Assembly: GCA_963809895.1 (NCBI GenBank)
Contig: CAWELD010000003.1
Location: 1,504,001 to 1,568,000, forward strand
Direction of reading: 5' to 3'
DNA: 64,000 nt
Source of the DNA: an uncultured Gemmatimonadales bacterium
GTDB taxonomy: Bacteria; Gemmatimonadota; Gemmatimonadetes; Longimicrobiales; Gaopeijiaceae
The notes under the pieces were generated by a model. The model had not been told where the DNA came from, did no database searches, and worked only from the letters and a program-made list of their open reading frames with translations. This document shows positions 60,300 to 64,000 of this stretch, in pieces. The position numbers and the translations under genes are program-made. Position 1 is the first letter of the stretch, and each line of letters starts with the position of its first letter.

Positions 60300-61850
60300 G
60301 GCGGCCAGCTCCTGCTACGTCTCGGAATGTTCTCTCCGTGCATGCCGCCAAGAACAGCCCCCCCAATTCGGTGAGGATGGAGTCTTCATCCGAGAGCGAG
60401 CGCATGCGAAAGGGGGCGCGAGTCGGGATGTTGTCTGAGGTCACCACGCGTCCGGCCTTCCAGCGTCGGAAGAACACGGGCTCTCCACCCCACCCAAGGA
60501 AGGAGGCCGGGCCGGCAGAGAACCGCTCCCAGAGCACATCGCCTTCTCTTCGAGACGGTTCCGTAGCCATGTCGCGATGGGACATGCTGCATGAAGCCGT
60601 TGACGACGCCGGCGACCGCTCTGGTGGTCGGCGAGCTAGCCATGTGAGATCCACGGTCGCCAGGCCCTCATCATCTATCCACGGTCTGATCGGGGGTGAC
60701 GCGTCCTGCACAGCCTCGGCTAGTTCCTCGACCGCCTTTCGTGGCACTGCCAATACGCTTGGCAGTCTTGCGGACCGCGATGATGCCATGGCCACCGTGT
60801 ACGGAAACTCCCTGTGCTGGAGGGCGTCCCTAATCGGATAGAAGCTCTCGATGGCTTTCGTAGTCCGGTCACTCGACACGAACTCCGCTAGGCTTGAGTT
60901 GTGTTGACCGATCAGCTTCATTGCCCGTGATTCGCCCTTCCTGGGAAGGCGAAGGGTCCGCTCATGCTTCCTGAGATTCAGGGAGTACACATCGTCGGCG
61001 AGAGCGGCCAAGTCGTCAAACGCCCCGGTGGCCAGCATGTACTGGAATGCCAGATGGAAGAGCGCGCGAGCCTCCGTGTCGTTGTTCGCGGTCTTGAGCG
61101 AGGCGATTTCGGCTGCATCCGTGGTGCGACACAGGAAGTCCAATCGCCTTGCGAGCCCCGAAAGCCGCCTCTCGCGTCTGCCTCCCCCAAAGAACCATGC
61201 CCGCCTGAAATCGGGGAACACGAGGTCCTTTCGGAAGAGGTAGTAGAAACCTTCGTTACCCCAAACCCCGGGTTGGCCTCGAAGTGTTCACGCGCGACGC
61301 ATAGGAGGCGAAGATGGTTCAACAGTTCAGGCCAGGTGCAATAGATGGCGTACCTCCGGCCCGACCTCGGTAATGACGACACGGCCGCATGAGACCCCAC
61401 GACGAGATCCACATGGCGCCTCAGGAGGACCGCGAGGTATTCGATTGCCGCACCCTCCGATCCCTCGCCCTCAAGGCTACGAAAGTGCTCATAGGTCCGG
61501 TGCGGACCTAGCAAGGAGCGCGACGTGGGCCGGTGCAACACCACATGGCCCTCGTCGACATGAACCTCCCCGATCGTGGCTTGATTCCCTGCCAAGGGCC
61601 TTGGGAGGTCTTGGTGCCCCGGTATGAGGCAAAGGTCGATGAAGTCGTAGTCGGCCAACTCCGCCAACCGACCGATGGCATCGTCGGACATGCCGACGAG
61701 GGCGGTGGGCCCGACGATCACCGACACCTCGGGTTCGACCCATCGCACCCGATCGTATGGATTACCTGTATCAGTACTGAAGCGGGTCATTCCTCTCGAA
61801 CGGGTCGAAGGTGGTTTCAGGTGACTTCCGATAGCCGACATCCGGTCCAA
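60300..61850 (-). pseudogene. Frameshifted gene with HEPN-like RxxxxH motif
   Basis: ORFs 60978-61850 and 60187-61221 join by a single-base shift near 61255 (FGV/NEGFYYLFR); RDALQH motif; further shifts near 60620. Ends approximate. Confidence 0.5.
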
Positions 61851-61989
61851 GCATCGCAGCCCGCGCCCTCCGCTGTCGAGCAGTTCCCGCGTTGCCCTGA
61901 CCCTCAGCAGCCCTACCCTAGAGTGCGTAAAGACGCATTATCGTACCCAAAGATAAGCCGAATCTGGCAAATTACAAGCACATTCGAGG

Positions 61990-62800
61990 TGATCCCCATC
62001 GGTGGCAATCTGACCCGCGGGGAACGCGCCGCCCGGCGTGACGCATGGGCCAAGGAAGACGGGTTCCCCACCTGGCACGAATACGAGGGCTACGCGGAGG
62101 GACTTCAGGGCCACGAGGTCTGCGGCTCCCCGAAGACCAAGGAGGAAGCGCCAGGACTTCCCGGGACCGGGTCCGAAACGACCCTGTCTCCGCTATCCGG
62201 TCACAGGAATGACGCGCTGCAAGCTCCATGGCGGCGCTTCCTTGGTCGGATCCGCCAACCCGCACTTCCGGCACGGGAAGCGAGAGTCGCTTCGTCGGGC
62301 TCCCTGACAAGATCCGGGAACGGGCCGAACAGCTCTTCGAGGACCCCAACCTCATCTCGCTCCGCGACCGGATCGCCGTGAACGACGCCCGCGAGCGCGA
62401 GCTCTGGGAGACGCTGGACAACGGAACGTCCGTGGAGTACTGGGAGAGGGCGCGGAACGCCCTCGAGGACATGCGGCGAGCCAGGGCCAACCGGGATGCG
62501 GGGCCGCCTCGCCGAAGCGTTAGACGCGGCTGGACGCGGTCGACGGATCAAGCGCTGCGACAGGAAAGCCATCTGGAGCCAGATTCGCGAGGTCCAGGAG
62601 CACGGGCGGAAGCTTCGTCGGGAGGAACGGCAGCTCATGGAGGCCGCCAGTCACTACCTCAGGGCCGACGAAGCTAAGCTGTTCGCGATCCGGATTCTGG
62701 ATATGGCCATCGAGAGCATCCGGCAGGTCGCTACCGTCGGCGAGCAAGAAGGCGATCTCGGACCTACTCGAAGCGCGTGGAGAGCGCTACTGGAGTCAAG
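61990..62800 (+). pseudogene. HGGxSTG-domain / terminase-small-subunit-like gene, several frameshifts
   Basis: VCGSPKT...PCLRYPVTGMTRCKLHGGASLVGSANPHFRHGK, then helical DPNLISLRDRIA; split over four ORFs. Ends approximate. Confidence 0.65.
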
Positions 62801-63318
62801 CCGGGGGCTGACCCCTTCATGGGCTTCGTCGAGATCCAGGGGTCCCTCGGCGGGTTATGCCGTATGGTGCTCCGATCCGGCGCGCGGTCATATCGGAATT
62901 GGCAAACGGCCGAACCCGAACCCACAGAGGTAGCGGCACGGCTCTTCGGCCGGGTGGATGTCGCCGCAGGTCTCGCAGATGGCGAGCCCGAGGCGCTCCG
63001 CAAGGTCCGAGTCCTTCTCAAGAGCGTCGGCAACGCGGCCCCACGCCTCGACGCCTATCTCCATGATTCCAACGCCGCCGTCACTGACACCGTTCTGCAT
63101 GATGCTCCTCGGTAGGGGGAGGAAGGTCACTACCTTCCATCCATAGCAGCCGAGGTATCAGGTCTACAAGGTGTAGCCCGTGAAGGCTGGGCCGCCCCCG
63201 CAATTCCCGAAGACCCCAACTCTTGAGCGTATGGGATCATGAACAAGATGAAGAGATACCACGGCAGAGACGCTCATGGGTGCGGTAGGCGGCGCGTGAC
63301 AGCGGTAGCCGATCCTTC

Positions 63319-63501
63319 TTCGAGGCGGTCGAGTTCGGTACCCTTCGCTGGCTTCCGTGGTTGAGTCGCCACCGCCTGTTCGAACCCATCGGTGACATGC
63401 CGCCCACTAAGTACGAAGAGGCATTCGTTCGCGCTCAATACGCTCCCGCAGAGCTATTGAGACCCAACCGAAACTGTCTCCGGTGAACCCGGAGGGATTC
63501 A
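63319..63501 (+). mobile_element. IS3-family remnant: OrfB C-terminus and right inverted repeat
   Basis: Manual translation FEAVEFGTLRWLPWLSRHRLFEPIGDMPPTKYEEAF; ends TCTCCGGTGAACCCGGAGGGATTCA, resembling an IS3-family IRR. Confidence 0.8.
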
Positions 63502-63559
63502 TCTTCGCTGATTATGGGACGCTTGCCCCGCCCAGTAGCGGACGCCATGCCCCCATGAT

Positions 63560-63776
63560 GCCTATCCCTACCCTGGTCCAGGTCGGCCTGCTTGATCAAG
63601 CTGCGGATCGTCTGGGCCGAGGGCTCGAACCCTAGACAACTCCTCAGGTGTACGACCTGCTCGGACCAGCTCGACCATCTGCTCCCGAAACTCGGGAGGG
63701 TACGGCGATCTCGATCTCGCATGATGAACTCCTTTCTCCGTAGAGATCTGGTGTCCACCAAACCGGGTCAACTCCA
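63560..63776 (-). mobile_element. IS3-family remnant: left inverted repeat and frameshifted OrfA
   Basis: TGGAGTTGACCCGGTTTGGTGGACACC end; YPPEFREQMVELVRAGRTPEELS / FEPSAQTIR...KQADLD split across frames. Confidence 0.85.
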
Positions 63777-63803
63777 CTCTTCGCCCTCCGGCTCTCCACC
63801 CAC

Positions 63804-64000
63804 TCACCTAAGAGTGAACCGCACCAGCGCAGCCACACCCACCTCATCGACTTGGTACCCCCAGCCAGTCCCATTATTGATGTATCTCGGATAGAGCCCC
63901 GGCGGCGCCTTGAAACGCGCCAGTAGGACCCCGTCAGGAGCCAGAAGGTCAAACGTCGTACTGTCCCCGCGGGCAAACGGATGGGGGTCCAAGTCGGCAC
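63804..64000 (-). CDS. 3' end of a probable 6-bladed beta-propeller-type protein (partial)
   Basis: FDLLAPDGVLLARF...GYQVDEVGVAALVRFTLR resembles the C-terminus of this family; runs off the window. Confidence 0.5.
   Translation of the reverse strand, partial: ADLDPHPFARGDSTTFDLLAPDGVLLARFKAPPGLYPRYINNGTGWGYQVDEVGVAALVRFTLR

Larger units (their letters stand above)
51196..63776. mobile_element. tRNA-associated integrative island (decaying prophage/satellite-like) with defence cargo; right boundary not determined
   Basis: Integrase next to tRNA, xis-like, rep-like and terS-like genes, second recombinase, IS3 remnants, visibly lower GC than the left part. Confidence 0.85.

Noticed and set aside
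61938..61956. TTATC-N9-GATAA inverted repeat between the HEPN-like and terS-like genes
   Set aside because: Only 5-bp arms; could arise by chance in an AT-richer promoter region.

Overview
High-GC bacterial chromosome segment; the gene content resembles Gemmatimonadota (inference). Bases 1-51195 are mostly core genes. A long minus-strand run holds miaB, mtaB, cdd, alr, asnS, recG, ftsY and a dcw cluster (mraZ-rsmH-ftsL-ftsI-murE-murF-mraY-murD-ftsW-murG-murC-ftsQ-ftsA-ftsZ). It is followed by a TPR protein, thiO, an ECF sigma/anti-sigma/3x DUF4097 module, mobAB-fdhD, a BlaI/BlaR1(M56) pair and tRNA-Val(TAC). A small array of 37-bp palindromic repeats lies upstream of mraZ. From about 51200 onward there is a visibly less GC-rich integrative island with integrase, excisionase-like HTH, frameshifted phage-type rep and HGGxSTG/terS-like genes, a second tyrosine recombinase, a broken HEPN-motif gene and IS3 remnants. 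The island's intact cargo is the main finding: a translationally coupled four-gene CBASS-like operon with TWO different CD-NTase cyclases (cyclase A with an FHG tail - stand-alone E2 - NucC - cyclase B), whose putative promoter is overlapped by tandem NrdR-box-like palindromes. All calls come from motif recognition by eye; no database searches were run.
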